Notes: generated from the letters alone by a model not told the origin. Counted from the stretch's first letter, positions 6,920 to 14,528 are shown. The stretch: 20,000 nucleotides of DNA from an uncultured virus (IMG/VR IMGVR_UViG_3300021964_000043) (IMGVR_UViG_3300021964_000043), one strand, 5' to 3'. Numbers and translations: made by a program.

Positions 6920-7213
6920 GCTACTTTTCTGTTCCAAGGTAAGTAGCCAACCCGTCAGTTTATGCCGCTAGGGCGTAACCTGAAGGTGCAAAGTTATCGT
7001 TTGCATTTGCTTTTGTGCGACTATTACGCGTTCGCCTCCGGTGACCTCCACTTACCTATTAACTACCTGTCGATCCTATTTCGCCCCCATCATAAACACA
7101 CTGCCCGCTTTATCAGTGCGTTCCAGAATTAACTGGAGCAGTGTGTTTATGGTGGAGGCGGCGGGTACTGCCCCCGCGTCCAGTATAGCTTTCGACTTGT
7201 TTCATCGATCACA
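6920..7213 (-). ncRNA. ssrA: Two-piece (circularly permuted) tmRNA, alphaproteobacterial type
   Basis: Acceptor piece ~7213-7150 ends GGACGCGGGGGCAGTACCCGCCGCCTCCACCA. Intervening hairpin 7149-7089. Coding piece starts GGGGGCGAAATAGGATCGAC at 7088. Stem GGGGGCG/CGCCTCC has the G3.U70 Ala determinant. Tag ORF 7004-6960 = ANDNFAPSGYALAA*, followed by a GCTACTT/AAGTAGC hairpin. Confidence 0.95.
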
Positions 7214-7226
7214 AATTATATATACA

Positions 7227-7436
7227 TCAATCAATCTTAACTTGATCAACTGACTTAAAAACTCTTACTTTTTTAGTTTCATCATTTTGACAATATTGTT
7301 CTTCATATGTCTTAATGATAAATTTTTCTACGAGAGGCTCCGAATATTTTGGTCTAGATCCATAGTCTGGAATAAGTGGACCAATATAAATTACTATCCA
7401 TATCCACGATAAAAAAAGTAAGAGCCAACCAACCAT
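7227..7436 (-). CDS. Small membrane-anchored protein (69 aa)
   Basis: N-terminal hydrophobic helix MVGWLLLFLSWIWIVIYIG; TAATG coupling to the upstream ORF. Confidence 0.65.
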   Translation of the reverse strand: MVGWLLLFLSWIWIVIYIGPLIPDYGSRPKYSEPLVEKFIIKTYEEQYCQNDETKKVRVFKSVDQVKID

Positions 7437-7564
7437 TAGTTGCGTCTTTTCTCATTATACATGAGAAGCAATGTAAGACTAATAGTCAAAACTAGTAATA
7501 CAACTGATTGGGCAGCAGCTGCCCAAGCAGCTCCTAAAGCTGTAAGTACATAGTATTTCATCAT
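7436..7564 (-). CDS. Small hydrophobic peptide (42 aa; not in ORF track)
   Basis: MMKYYVLTALGAAWAAAAQSVVLLVLTISLTLLLMYNEKRRN*; exactly fills the gap with TAATG overlaps at both ends. Confidence 0.65.
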   Translation of the reverse strand: MMKYYVLTALGAAWAAAAQSVVLLVLTISLTLLLMYNEKRRN

Positions 7565-8082
7565 TAGAAATTCTCCAACGCTTTATTTGCTTCACTATCG
7601 TCAGTATTGTTAAAAGCGTTATCCACAACTTGACGATTTGTTGGATCTACACTCATCTGAATAAACGTCCGATAGTAAATCCCATCCATAATAACCATAC
7701 GATGTTCGACCGTATAGTTTGAAATATCGACATTCGTAAAACCAGACTTTGCTAGTTTGGTTGACTTACGACTTGATATTCCTTGTCCACCTTTACCACT
7801 ATCAGTAATAAAAGTTTTGACTTCAGCTGAAGTCCTAGCAGCAATTTTATCTCCAAGGCCAACTTTTGCTTCATGCATTGCCTTGTCTATTGAGAATTGC
7901 ATGTCGTCTGAATGTCCAGTTCCAACTGCGTAGATGACAGACTCTTTATCTTCTGGCACAGCGAGAAACCAACTTGGAACATCCATACCTCCTACTTTAA
8001 TAGGAGGCTGTTCTTTTTGTCCAATTGAACTACAAGCACTTAAAGAAAGAGCAGCAACAATTGGTAATACATAGGCTTTCAT
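7564..8082 (-). CDS. Lipoprotein, LPP20-like
   Basis: True start MKAYVLPIVAALSLSAC (lipobox LSAC) at 8082 with GAGG SD; VPSWFL..P...IYAVGTG.S.DMQFSIDKA...AK pattern. Confidence 0.82.
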   Translation of the reverse strand: MKAYVLPIVAALSLSACSSIGQKEQPPIKVGGMDVPSWFLAVPEDKESVIYAVGTGHSDDMQFSIDKAMHEAKVGLGDKIAARTSAEVKTFITDSGKGGQGISSRKSTKLAKSGFTNVDISNYTVEHRMVIMDGIYYRTFIQMSVDPTNRQVVDNAFNNTDDSEANKALENF

Positions 8083-8092
8083 AACAGACCTC

Positions 8093-8398
8093 TTAAAAAT
8101 TGTAGTCGTAAAACTTAACTGGCTTATCACTAAGCGAGTAACGACCACCATATTTGTCTTGCCAACCTTTTTTATTAAGGCGAACACGAAAGACAGGGTT
8201 ATTAACATTAGAAGTAATTTCCCACTTCTGATCTTCTTGATTCGATGTGTGACCAAAGAACCCACCAGGATGAAAATCGCGCTTCCAAGGAAGAGCCTCG
8301 GTATCCATAGCGCGAATTTCAATGGTTTTTTCAGAAATTACCTTAACAACTTCATAAGGACTTACATCTGAATAACCAAGCTGATTAGCATATTTCAT
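8093..8398 (-). CDS. Hypothetical early protein (101 aa)
   Basis: Start MKYANQLGYSDVSPYEVVKV after AAGGA SD, first gene after the promoter at 8434-8462; ends KFYDYNF. Confidence 0.82.
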   Translation of the reverse strand: MKYANQLGYSDVSPYEVVKVISEKTIEIRAMDTEALPWKRDFHPGGFFGHTSNQEDQKWEITSNVNNPVFRVRLNKKGWQDKYGGRYSLSDKPVKFYDYNF

Positions 8399-8433
8399 AT
8401 TTTTATTCCTTCCTTTTTCCATTTTGTACATAT

Positions 8434-8462
8434 ATTATAACACATAAATTTGCGATTGTAAA
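8434..8462 (-). promoter_or_regulatory. Early phage promoter
   Basis: GTTTACA (TTTACA at 8462-8457) N17 TATAAT (8439-8434); A-tract UP element. Confidence 0.82.
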
Positions 8463-8495
8463 CACTTTTTTTCACTTTTTTTATATTTTTTTTCT

Positions 8496-8503
8496 TATAA
8501 ATA
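8496..8503 (+). promoter_or_regulatory. T4-type late promoter
   Basis: Exact TATAAATA at the strand switch, upstream of the + strand small-gene cluster. Confidence 0.7.
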
Positions 8504-8523
8504 ATAGCAGATATGAGAGGGTA

Positions 8524-8694
8524 ATGCTAAAAAAGAAGTTAAAGCGTAAATTTACAACTTCACCACCAAATAGAAGGTGGAAAGAAAAAACATATAAATG
8601 CCCAATCAAAATGCACGGACCAACTAGGTGGGAAACTACCAAAGTAGAAAGGAACGGAAAAGTATACGAGATATGTAATCTCGTGCGATGTTAA
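8524..8694 (+). CDS. Small basic protein (56 aa; not in ORF track)
   Basis: MLKKKLKRKFTTSPPNRRWKEKTYKCPIKMHGPTRWETTKVERNGKVYEICNLVRC*; GAGAGGG SD after the late promoter. Confidence 0.5.
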   Translation: MLKKKLKRKFTTSPPNRRWKEKTYKCPIKMHGPTRWETTKVERNGKVYEICNLVRC

Positions 8695-8754
8695 TGAACT
8701 TCTTTACTATGAGTTTTAAGATGGTTACATAACCACTAACGCCAGAGGAAGTTT

Positions 8755-9243
8755 ATGATCGATCCAATAACAGCATTAGCAACTGCAACCAGTGCATTTA
8801 ATCTTATCAAAAAAGGTTTTGAAGTCGGCCGAGATGTTGAATCTATGGGCTCAGACCTTGGACGCTGGATGGGCGCTATGTCTGACCTCAAGAAGGCAGA
8901 CGAATACGCCAAGAAGCCACCCCTATTCAAAAAAATATTTAACGCTGGTTCAGTCGAAGAAGAAGCCATGGCTGCCTTCATGGCGAAGAAGAAGGCAGAG
9001 GATATGCGTGATGAACTCAAGAAATTGATTTCTTGGACACGAGGGCCTTCTGCATGGGATGAACTTCTACGCATGGAAGCAGAGATTCGTAAGAAGAGAC
9101 AACAAGCAATATACGATCAACAAGAAAGACAGAGAAAAGTTTTTGAAACTATTGCTATCGTGTTGTTGATTGGACTTTGTGCTGGAATTCTTGTTGGTGG
9201 TGCTTGGTGGTTAATAGAGTATAAAGCAAACAGAGGTTACTAA
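8755..9243 (+). CDS. Conserved phage protein with coiled coil and C-terminal TM helix
   Basis: MIDPITALATATSAFNLIKKGFEVGRDVESM...; GAGGA SD; C-terminal IAIVLLIGLCAGILVGGAWWL. Confidence 0.85.
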   Translation: MIDPITALATATSAFNLIKKGFEVGRDVESMGSDLGRWMGAMSDLKKADEYAKKPPLFKKIFNAGSVEEEAMAAFMAKKKAEDMRDELKKLISWTRGPSAWDELLRMEAEIRKKRQQAIYDQQERQRKVFETIAIVLLIGLCAGILVGGAWWLIEYKANRGY

Positions 9244-9431
9244 TGTTAATCGCATTGATTGTTATCACAACATATTTAATTGGTATGTTATTTTATGTAG
9301 CGTGGATGGATGACAAAATACATAATCCACCATATATCCCAGAAACGGAAGCAGAAAAACTTGTTCGTAGTATAAAACTACGAATTGCAGATGCACAATG
9401 GAAGTTTAGAAAAGAACTAGGCGAGTTATGA
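9243..9431 (+). CDS. Small membrane protein (62 aa)
   Basis: N-terminal TM helix; TAATG and ATGA-type overlaps with neighbours. Confidence 0.7.
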   Translation: MLIALIVITTYLIGMLFYVAWMDDKIHNPPYIPETEAEKLVRSIKLRIADAQWKFRKELGEL

Positions 9432-9658
9432 TACACGCATTCATGCTGGTTGTTGTTATGGGAACAGGTGAGTTTCGACAGATACAACCTAATGCAATGA
9501 TATTCAGAAGTATTGATGTATGTCAGTATTACGCTAAGCGTATACCTAGACAGTACGGCAATTATTCATATAGTAGTAGAGTAGACCCTAAAGACAGGGT
9601 TACTGCATATTGTAAACCTGTCTATGTTAAAGACGGGCCTAACATCTACGATCACTAA
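9428..9658 (+). CDS. Small phage protein with Cys pair (76 aa)
   Basis: Hydrophobic N-terminus, FRSIDVC...TAYCKP pattern. Confidence 0.72.
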   Translation: MIHAFMLVVVMGTGEFRQIQPNAMIFRSIDVCQYYAKRIPRQYGNYSYSSRVDPKDRVTAYCKPVYVKDGPNIYDH

Positions 9659-9664
9659 AAGTTA

Positions 9665-12010
9665 TTATTCTGATACTGAAGCTAATCTTGCTGCAGAACT
9701 AGAATTATCTTTAGTTGCCATTGGCAAAACAGTTTGTCCACCACCACCAGAATTAGTAACAGAATTATTAGGTGCATTAACAACTGTTGTATTCCCACCA
9801 TTTTGCATATATTCTCTAGATATCTGTGCAGCAGCAGAGTTTGATCTTTCAAGTATAGTAGCCTGTTGAGCAGAAGATGGTGATACACTGATTGATGCAG
9901 ATTCATATATTCTTTTTGCTTCCTCTTGATTTGGAGCAACCTCAATCTGTCCTTCACCCTTATTATATACATAGTAAAATTTACCATCACTCAATCGTGA
10001 ATATTGAATGGGGTAATCATATGGTGTTGATGGTTCTTTTGCTTGTTGTAGTTTGGCAATTTCACGATCTATTTTATCATCTTCTTTTATTAACTCATCA
10101 AATCGTGCCTGATCTTTTTCATATTGTTTTCTTTGTGAACGACTTTTTGGCCCACCACGACTTTCCATTTTATCCATACGATTAGAGATTTGTTCCATCT
10201 CCATATCATTGAGCATTTTCTGATCGTTGAGTTTTTCTAATTTTTCTTTATTTGGTTCTACTTTTTCTTCATCACCACCACCAAGTCCAACCATAGACTT
10301 AGCGCTTTTCCACCAACTACCAGCAGTATCTTTAACAGATTCCCACCCCTTTGAAATGTTCTCTTTCATGTTGTTTGCAAATTCAGATACCTTTGTCCGT
10401 AAGTCATCAAATGTGGGAACTTCAATACCAGTAAGACTAGTGAAACTTGCACCAATAGAATCGAATGTACCTTTGAGTCCATCTTTGAGCTCAGTTAGAT
10501 TAGTTGGAACATTGAGTCCAGTAAGGTTATTGAATCCTTCTGCAACACTAGTTAAAGTGCCGCCAACCATATCCTTTATTTCAGTTAGATTAGTTGGTAT
10601 ATTCAACCCTGTAAGGTTGTTGAACCCCTCTGCGGCACTGGTTAAAGTTCCACCAACAGTATCAACAATACTTGATGCAGTTGCTTTTACACTATCAGTT
10701 ACAGAACCAATTATGCCACTTGCATTTTGATTCTCATCTTTGATGCCTTCTTCTTCATCACTCCACCAACTAGAGAACCAACCACCTACACTAGAACCAA
10801 TGTTGGACAATCCTTCCATTGCACCACTAGCAAGATTAGTAAATCCATCCCAACCTTTTTTAGCAAAGTCACCAATTGCAGACATACCATTAGAGATAGT
10901 TTCTTGAGATACAAGTCCAAAAGTAATACCAGACAAAGCACCAGCAGTTCCTTCTTTTAATGCACCAACAAAACTACCAGATTCACTATACTCTTTGAAA
11001 CCAGCAGTCAAACCATCAAATAACGCCATACCAGCTGTTACTGCAAGTCCAGCGCCAGGAATAAACTTTGCCGCTTTACCAATTCCTTTTAGTGCAGTGC
11101 CTGCCATTCCACCTGCCGTTTTTACACCCGCCCCAGCAGCAGAAGCGCCGGTACTTAACAGTCCAGCACCAGCAGTTCCAAGTTTTGCAACACCACCAAG
11201 TGACTTTTTGAAGATGTTACCCAAAGCACGACCGCCTGGCAATTTCCTTAGAAGTTTACCAACACCACCAAGTCCACCTTTGAGTGCAAGAACAATTTTT
11301 GTTCCTAAAGCAACTAGTCCGCCCAAAACAGTTGTTCCAAGTGAAACTAAAGCAGCACCTATTGCTGGAATAAATCCTTTAATTCCATCTAAAATTCCAC
11401 CAAGAAATCCTTTAGATTCACCATCTTCTTCAAGTTCAAGATTGTTAATACCATCACCAACACCCTCAACAGCAGATACTAGTCTTTCGTTTGCCCGTCT
11501 ATCTTCTCTTGATTTCTCAACCTCAGCAGCGCTAAGCTCCTGCGTTTCGTTAGCACCAGTAAGTTTTTCAAACTGCTCTGGAGTATATCCAAGCAATTCT
11601 GCAGCATTAAGAAGAGTCTCATTCGCCTCCTTTTGACTTCTTAGAAACTCCTGTTCCTTACGCCTCATTACAACTTCTTGTTTAGTAATACCTAGTCTTT
11701 TTGCAAGATTAGCATCCTCTTTTCTTTGTCGCAATGCAGAAAACATTTTCCCGCCAAGGGTTTTGCCGATTTTTGATATTGCGCCAAATACTGGCATTTG
11801 TTCTAGTTGGTCAATAAAAGAACTAAATCCTGATGCTGAAGATATAAGATTTTCTTTAATAGCTCCACCAACACCTTTCAATGCACCAGATGTTATAGAT
11901 TGTGCCGCAAGCGCAGAGCGATATTGTTCTGTTGCTTTACTGTATTGAAGATTGGTTGATTTTAGTTCGTCTGAAACTTTAGAAAGACTAACACTAATAG
12001 TATCTGCCAT
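9665..12010 (-). CDS. Tape-measure-like / baseplate hub protein (gp29-like)
   Basis: 781 aa, helical, Gly/Ala-rich hydrophobic core, internal repeats, C-terminal TTVVNAPNNSVTN tail; located downstream of gp26/gp51. Confidence 0.7.
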   Translation of the reverse strand: MADTISVSLSKVSDELKSTNLQYSKATEQYRSALAAQSITSGALKGVGGAIKENLISSASGFSSFIDQLEQMPVFGAISKIGKTLGGKMFSALRQRKEDANLAKRLGITKQEVVMRRKEQEFLRSQKEANETLLNAAELLGYTPEQFEKLTGANETQELSAAEVEKSREDRRANERLVSAVEGVGDGINNLELEEDGESKGFLGGILDGIKGFIPAIGAALVSLGTTVLGGLVALGTKIVLALKGGLGGVGKLLRKLPGGRALGNIFKKSLGGVAKLGTAGAGLLSTGASAAGAGVKTAGGMAGTALKGIGKAAKFIPGAGLAVTAGMALFDGLTAGFKEYSESGSFVGALKEGTAGALSGITFGLVSQETISNGMSAIGDFAKKGWDGFTNLASGAMEGLSNIGSSVGGWFSSWWSDEEEGIKDENQNASGIIGSVTDSVKATASSIVDTVGGTLTSAAEGFNNLTGLNIPTNLTEIKDMVGGTLTSVAEGFNNLTGLNVPTNLTELKDGLKGTFDSIGASFTSLTGIEVPTFDDLRTKVSEFANNMKENISKGWESVKDTAGSWWKSAKSMVGLGGGDEEKVEPNKEKLEKLNDQKMLNDMEMEQISNRMDKMESRGGPKSRSQRKQYEKDQARFDELIKEDDKIDREIAKLQQAKEPSTPYDYPIQYSRLSDGKFYYVYNKGEGQIEVAPNQEEAKRIYESASISVSPSSAQQATILERSNSAAAQISREYMQNGGNTTVVNAPNNSVTNSGGGGQTVLPMATKDNSSSAARLASVSE
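10390..10660 (-). repeat. Three 90-nt (30-aa) tandem repeats in the tape-measure-like gene
   Basis: VGGTLTSAAEGFNNLTGLNIPTNLTEIKDM / VGGTLTSVAEGFNNLTGLNVPTNLTELKDG / LKGTFDSIGASFTSLTGIEVPTFDDLRTK; DNA match at 10551 vs 10641. Confidence 0.85.
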
Positions 12011-12021
12011 TTATTTGTATC

Positions 12022-12360
12022 CTACTTCTTTTTATCTGCGTAAGCATTGCCAGCAAAGAATGCAGCGACAATTGCAGCAACAGAAACAAAATATGTTGCG
12101 GCCATATCACCTAGTATCTTTGCAGCATTTTCAAGTCCAATCCAATTTGCAATCACCACTGCAAATGGATATAACAACATACCAAATAACGCAAACCATG
12201 CCATCTGACGCATAGCATCTCTACGAGCATCTGCATCTTCAAGCGCTTTTCTTTTGAATTCCAAATCCATCTCCAATTCTTCTAAAGAAATGTGTCCATC
12301 ACCGTTAGTATCTTTTTTCGCAACCTCTTCATCTACGGTTACTGTTTTTTTCTCTGTCAT
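12022..12360 (-). CDS. EF-hand plus two-TM membrane protein
   Basis: Canonical EF loop DTNGDGHISLEE, then two hydrophobic helices and a KKK C-terminus; GGAGAG SD. Confidence 0.85.
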   Translation of the reverse strand: MTEKKTVTVDEEVAKKDTNGDGHISLEELEMDLEFKRKALEDADARRDAMRQMAWFALFGMLLYPFAVVIANWIGLENAAKILGDMAATYFVSVAAIVAAFFAGNAYADKKK

Positions 12361-12378
12361 AGTTCTCTCCGTATGCTA

Positions 12379-12386
12379 TATTTATT
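12379..12386 (-). promoter_or_regulatory. Possible late promoter variant (AATAAATA)
   Basis: One mismatch to TATAAATA, correctly placed upstream of the SD of 12360. Confidence 0.5.
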
Positions 12387-12582
12387 AACCTTTTTGCATG
12401 GCATGACGAGCTTTCATATTTTCATCTTCAATATGTTGTACCAGAAGAGATACATATATCTCCCTCTCCCATGGCAACATATTTTCAATCTCAGTCAAAG
12501 AGTATTTGTGATGTTGCATCAACCCAAAGTTTAACCTAAAATAGTTTTCTAGGTTGTTATGAGAGAGGGCTATTAGAAAAAA
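12385..12582 (-). CDS. gp51: gp51-like baseplate hub assembly domain, in the -1 frame of gp26 (first ATG only at 12519)
   Basis: Hand translation FFLIALSHNNLENYFRLNFGLMQHHKYSLTEIENMLPWEREIYVSLLVQHIEDENMKARHAMQKG*; MQHHKYSLTEIENM.PWER.IY is typical of the short gp51 of marine T4-like phages. Confidence 0.85.
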   Translation of the reverse strand, partial: FFLIALSHNNLENYFRLNFGLMQHHKYSLTEIENMLPWEREIYVSLLVQHIEDENMKARHAMQKG

Positions 12583-13271
12583 GAGGATAGTCCTTCTAAT
12601 ACAACTTCACTTTCAACTTCAGTATTAGGGTTTTTAACCTTAACACTATGTTTCACTTTAGGCATAGTATCAAAAAAGTTCTGCATCAATAAAAACTGAT
12701 CGTGTGACATAGAATCTAAGAACTCATCCAACTCTTTGTCATCCATGTCAGTTTTTTCGTATACATTTTCTTGGTCATAAATTTGTTTTACACAGTCTTT
12801 AATCACATTAAACGCTGTTTGTGAATCGTCTTCTACGATTATTTTTAAGCTAGTTACTCTAGGATATTGTAGGATAACTCCAATATTTTCGGTAAGTTTT
12901 ATATTGTTGTTATGTCCAACTTCTGTAACACACTTAATATCTTCTAAGTTAATTTTTACTGGAACTTTAGTTTTTCCATCGTCTGGACAAGTTATATTTA
13001 CCTCTACTTGTGCCCCAACCGACTTTGATCTCAATTGAATAAAAATATATTCTAAATCAAACATTGGAAGAGATTTAACATCTAATTTGTTAAAAGTACA
13101 ATCGTCAATAATTGTTTCTACTGCCATAAGAATTTCTTCTTGACCACCAGTAGATTGTGCTATCATTAATACCTTTTCTTCCTTTACAAGAAAAGGTCTA
13201 TATTGAATCTTTTCTCCAGTTGAAGGAAGTGTAAACTCATACTTGGCTGTCGCCAGTTTTGGTAATGCCAT
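12573..13271 (-). CDS. gp26: Baseplate hub assembly chaperone (T4 gp26/gp51 family)
   Basis: MALPKL...YE.TLPSTGEKI.YRPFLVKEEKVL, FDLEYIFIQLRSKSVG, CPDDG, FFDTMPK, LEGLSSFF. Confidence 0.92.
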   Translation of the reverse strand: MALPKLATAKYEFTLPSTGEKIQYRPFLVKEEKVLMIAQSTGGQEEILMAVETIIDDCTFNKLDVKSLPMFDLEYIFIQLRSKSVGAQVEVNITCPDDGKTKVPVKINLEDIKCVTEVGHNNNIKLTENIGVILQYPRVTSLKIIVEDDSQTAFNVIKDCVKQIYDQENVYEKTDMDDKELDEFLDSMSHDQFLLMQNFFDTMPKVKHSVKVKNPNTEVESEVVLEGLSSFF

Positions 13272-13295
13272 AATATTTTCTCCTATTGTGCATTA

Positions 13296-13940
13296 TTAAA
13301 AATCATAATCCAAAGCACCAAATGGTGATAATGGAGTTCTTCTTCTAGAATTAACTCTATCTAAATTGTTTACTTGGGGAATATCTGCACGACTAAGTTC
13401 ATTGCCTTGTGCATCCAATAGGTAGTGTTCTTTAAATGCAAACTCAACAGAAAGAGTTGCAACTTCACCGGCGTCTTGTGCATATTCAATAGGCCCTATC
13501 GTTTTAGGATAACAATTCAAAAGTTTCATTCCAGATATTCTTTTGTCACTTTTATTTAATTGATATAATTCAATTGATCTATTATAGTTATCGTAATATT
13601 CTAAATTATATGTATCTGGTTTGTAAATAAAATCTATCCAATTCAAAAAATATTGACGTTCTCTATGTTCTGCTGACAAATGAAAAGTCATAGATACGGA
13701 CTCTGCATAAGTCAACCCCTGTGCGAGCTCGTAGGTTGGGCCGTATACAGTTTCATTTGTAACAGTTCTAATATTTTTGCCTGGAAATGTTAGTGAAACA
13801 ACTCTATAAGAAACAAATCTATCTATACTAAAATCAGGGTTTGCTTCAAAGGGTGAAATTATTAAACAATCAAATCTATTAAGAAATGCAGGCCCACTGT
13901 ATCTGTTAAAATTTGCTTGAAATTCATCTAAGGTTGGCAT
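13296..13940 (-). CDS. Baseplate tail-tube initiator (gp54-like; tail-tube fold)
   Basis: NRF..II, FPGKNIRT...YGP.Y.....TY.ESVSMTF, ERQYFLNW, LLNCYPKTIG...L.VEFAF; located between gp2 and gp26. Confidence 0.7.
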   Translation of the reverse strand: MPTLDEFQANFNRYSGPAFLNRFDCLIISPFEANPDFSIDRFVSYRVVSLTFPGKNIRTVTNETVYGPTYELAQGLTYAESVSMTFHLSAEHRERQYFLNWIDFIYKPDTYNLEYYDNYNRSIELYQLNKSDKRISGMKLLNCYPKTIGPIEYAQDAGEVATLSVEFAFKEHYLLDAQGNELSRADIPQVNNLDRVNSRRRTPLSPFGALDYDF

Positions 13941-14512
13941 TATAGTCTCCTAGGCTCTTTTGACATTCTTCTTGAATCTGCATAAACTCTATTTTCAATG
14001 CCTTTCGGAACAAATCTTTGCACTGGTAATAGTACTGCCGCCATCATCTCTTCTGCTGTAATCGCACGAAATCTAGATTGTACATGACTTGCAAGATACC
14101 TTTTTACGGTTGGTTTAACAAGTGGATTGCGTTTGATGCGATTCCACGTTAGTCTAATTCTTGTATTTTCGTCCATTCTGCTATCTGTTGAATATTCAGC
14201 AACAATATTTAATAGTTTTAATCTCATAGGTATTGATAGATAATGAAAATTCAATCCAACAAATCCAGTTGATTCTGACTCACCAATAGGCAATACTAAT
14301 GGAAATCTATCATAATATGGTAGTTCGTTTTTACCTTTTGGATCATAAAGGAAAAAATTCATACGTCCAAATTGTGGGCGCTGACTAATCAATCCCTCTC
14401 TAATAAGTTGCTGAGATGGGGGTACGCCTATTTCCCTGATTTGTTTTCTAAACCAAGCAACCGAGCGTTCATTACCGCCTGTTTTTTCTAATAAGTCATC
14501 AAAGTACGTCAT
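13940..14512 (-). CDS. gp2: DNA end protector protein
   Basis: YDPKGKNELPYYDRFPLVLP, GFVGLNFHYL...R.KLL, KRYL.SHV.S, LLPVQRF. Confidence 0.93.
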   Translation of the reverse strand: MTYFDDLLEKTGGNERSVAWFRKQIREIGVPPSQQLIREGLISQRPQFGRMNFFLYDPKGKNELPYYDRFPLVLPIGESESTGFVGLNFHYLSIPMRLKLLNIVAEYSTDSRMDENTRIRLTWNRIKRNPLVKPTVKRYLASHVQSRFRAITAEEMMAAVLLPVQRFVPKGIENRVYADSRRMSKEPRRL

Positions 14513-14517
14513 ACTTC

Positions 14518-14525
14518 TATTTATA
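14518..14525 (-). promoter_or_regulatory. T4-type late promoter for gp2
   Basis: Exact TATAAATA 5 nt upstream of the gp2 ATG. Confidence 0.8.
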
Positions 14526-14528
14526 CGA

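Noticed and set aside
7150..7185. tRNA-Ala gene
   Set aside because: Only a T-arm and acceptor 3' strand; the 5' strand lies downstream and leads into a tag ORF, so it is a permuted tmRNA.
7041..7253. 70-aa + strand ORF
   Set aside because: Antisense to the tmRNA, GTG start without SD; shadow ORF.
8083..8322. N-terminal extension of the 252-aa ORF in the track
   Set aside because: Overlaps the real gene 8093-8398; the lipoprotein signal and SD place the start at 8082.
10227..11636. Long + strand ORFs of 167, 77 and 213 aa
   Set aside because: Pro/Ala/Ser-rich antisense shadows of the Gly/Ala-rich tape-measure-like gene.
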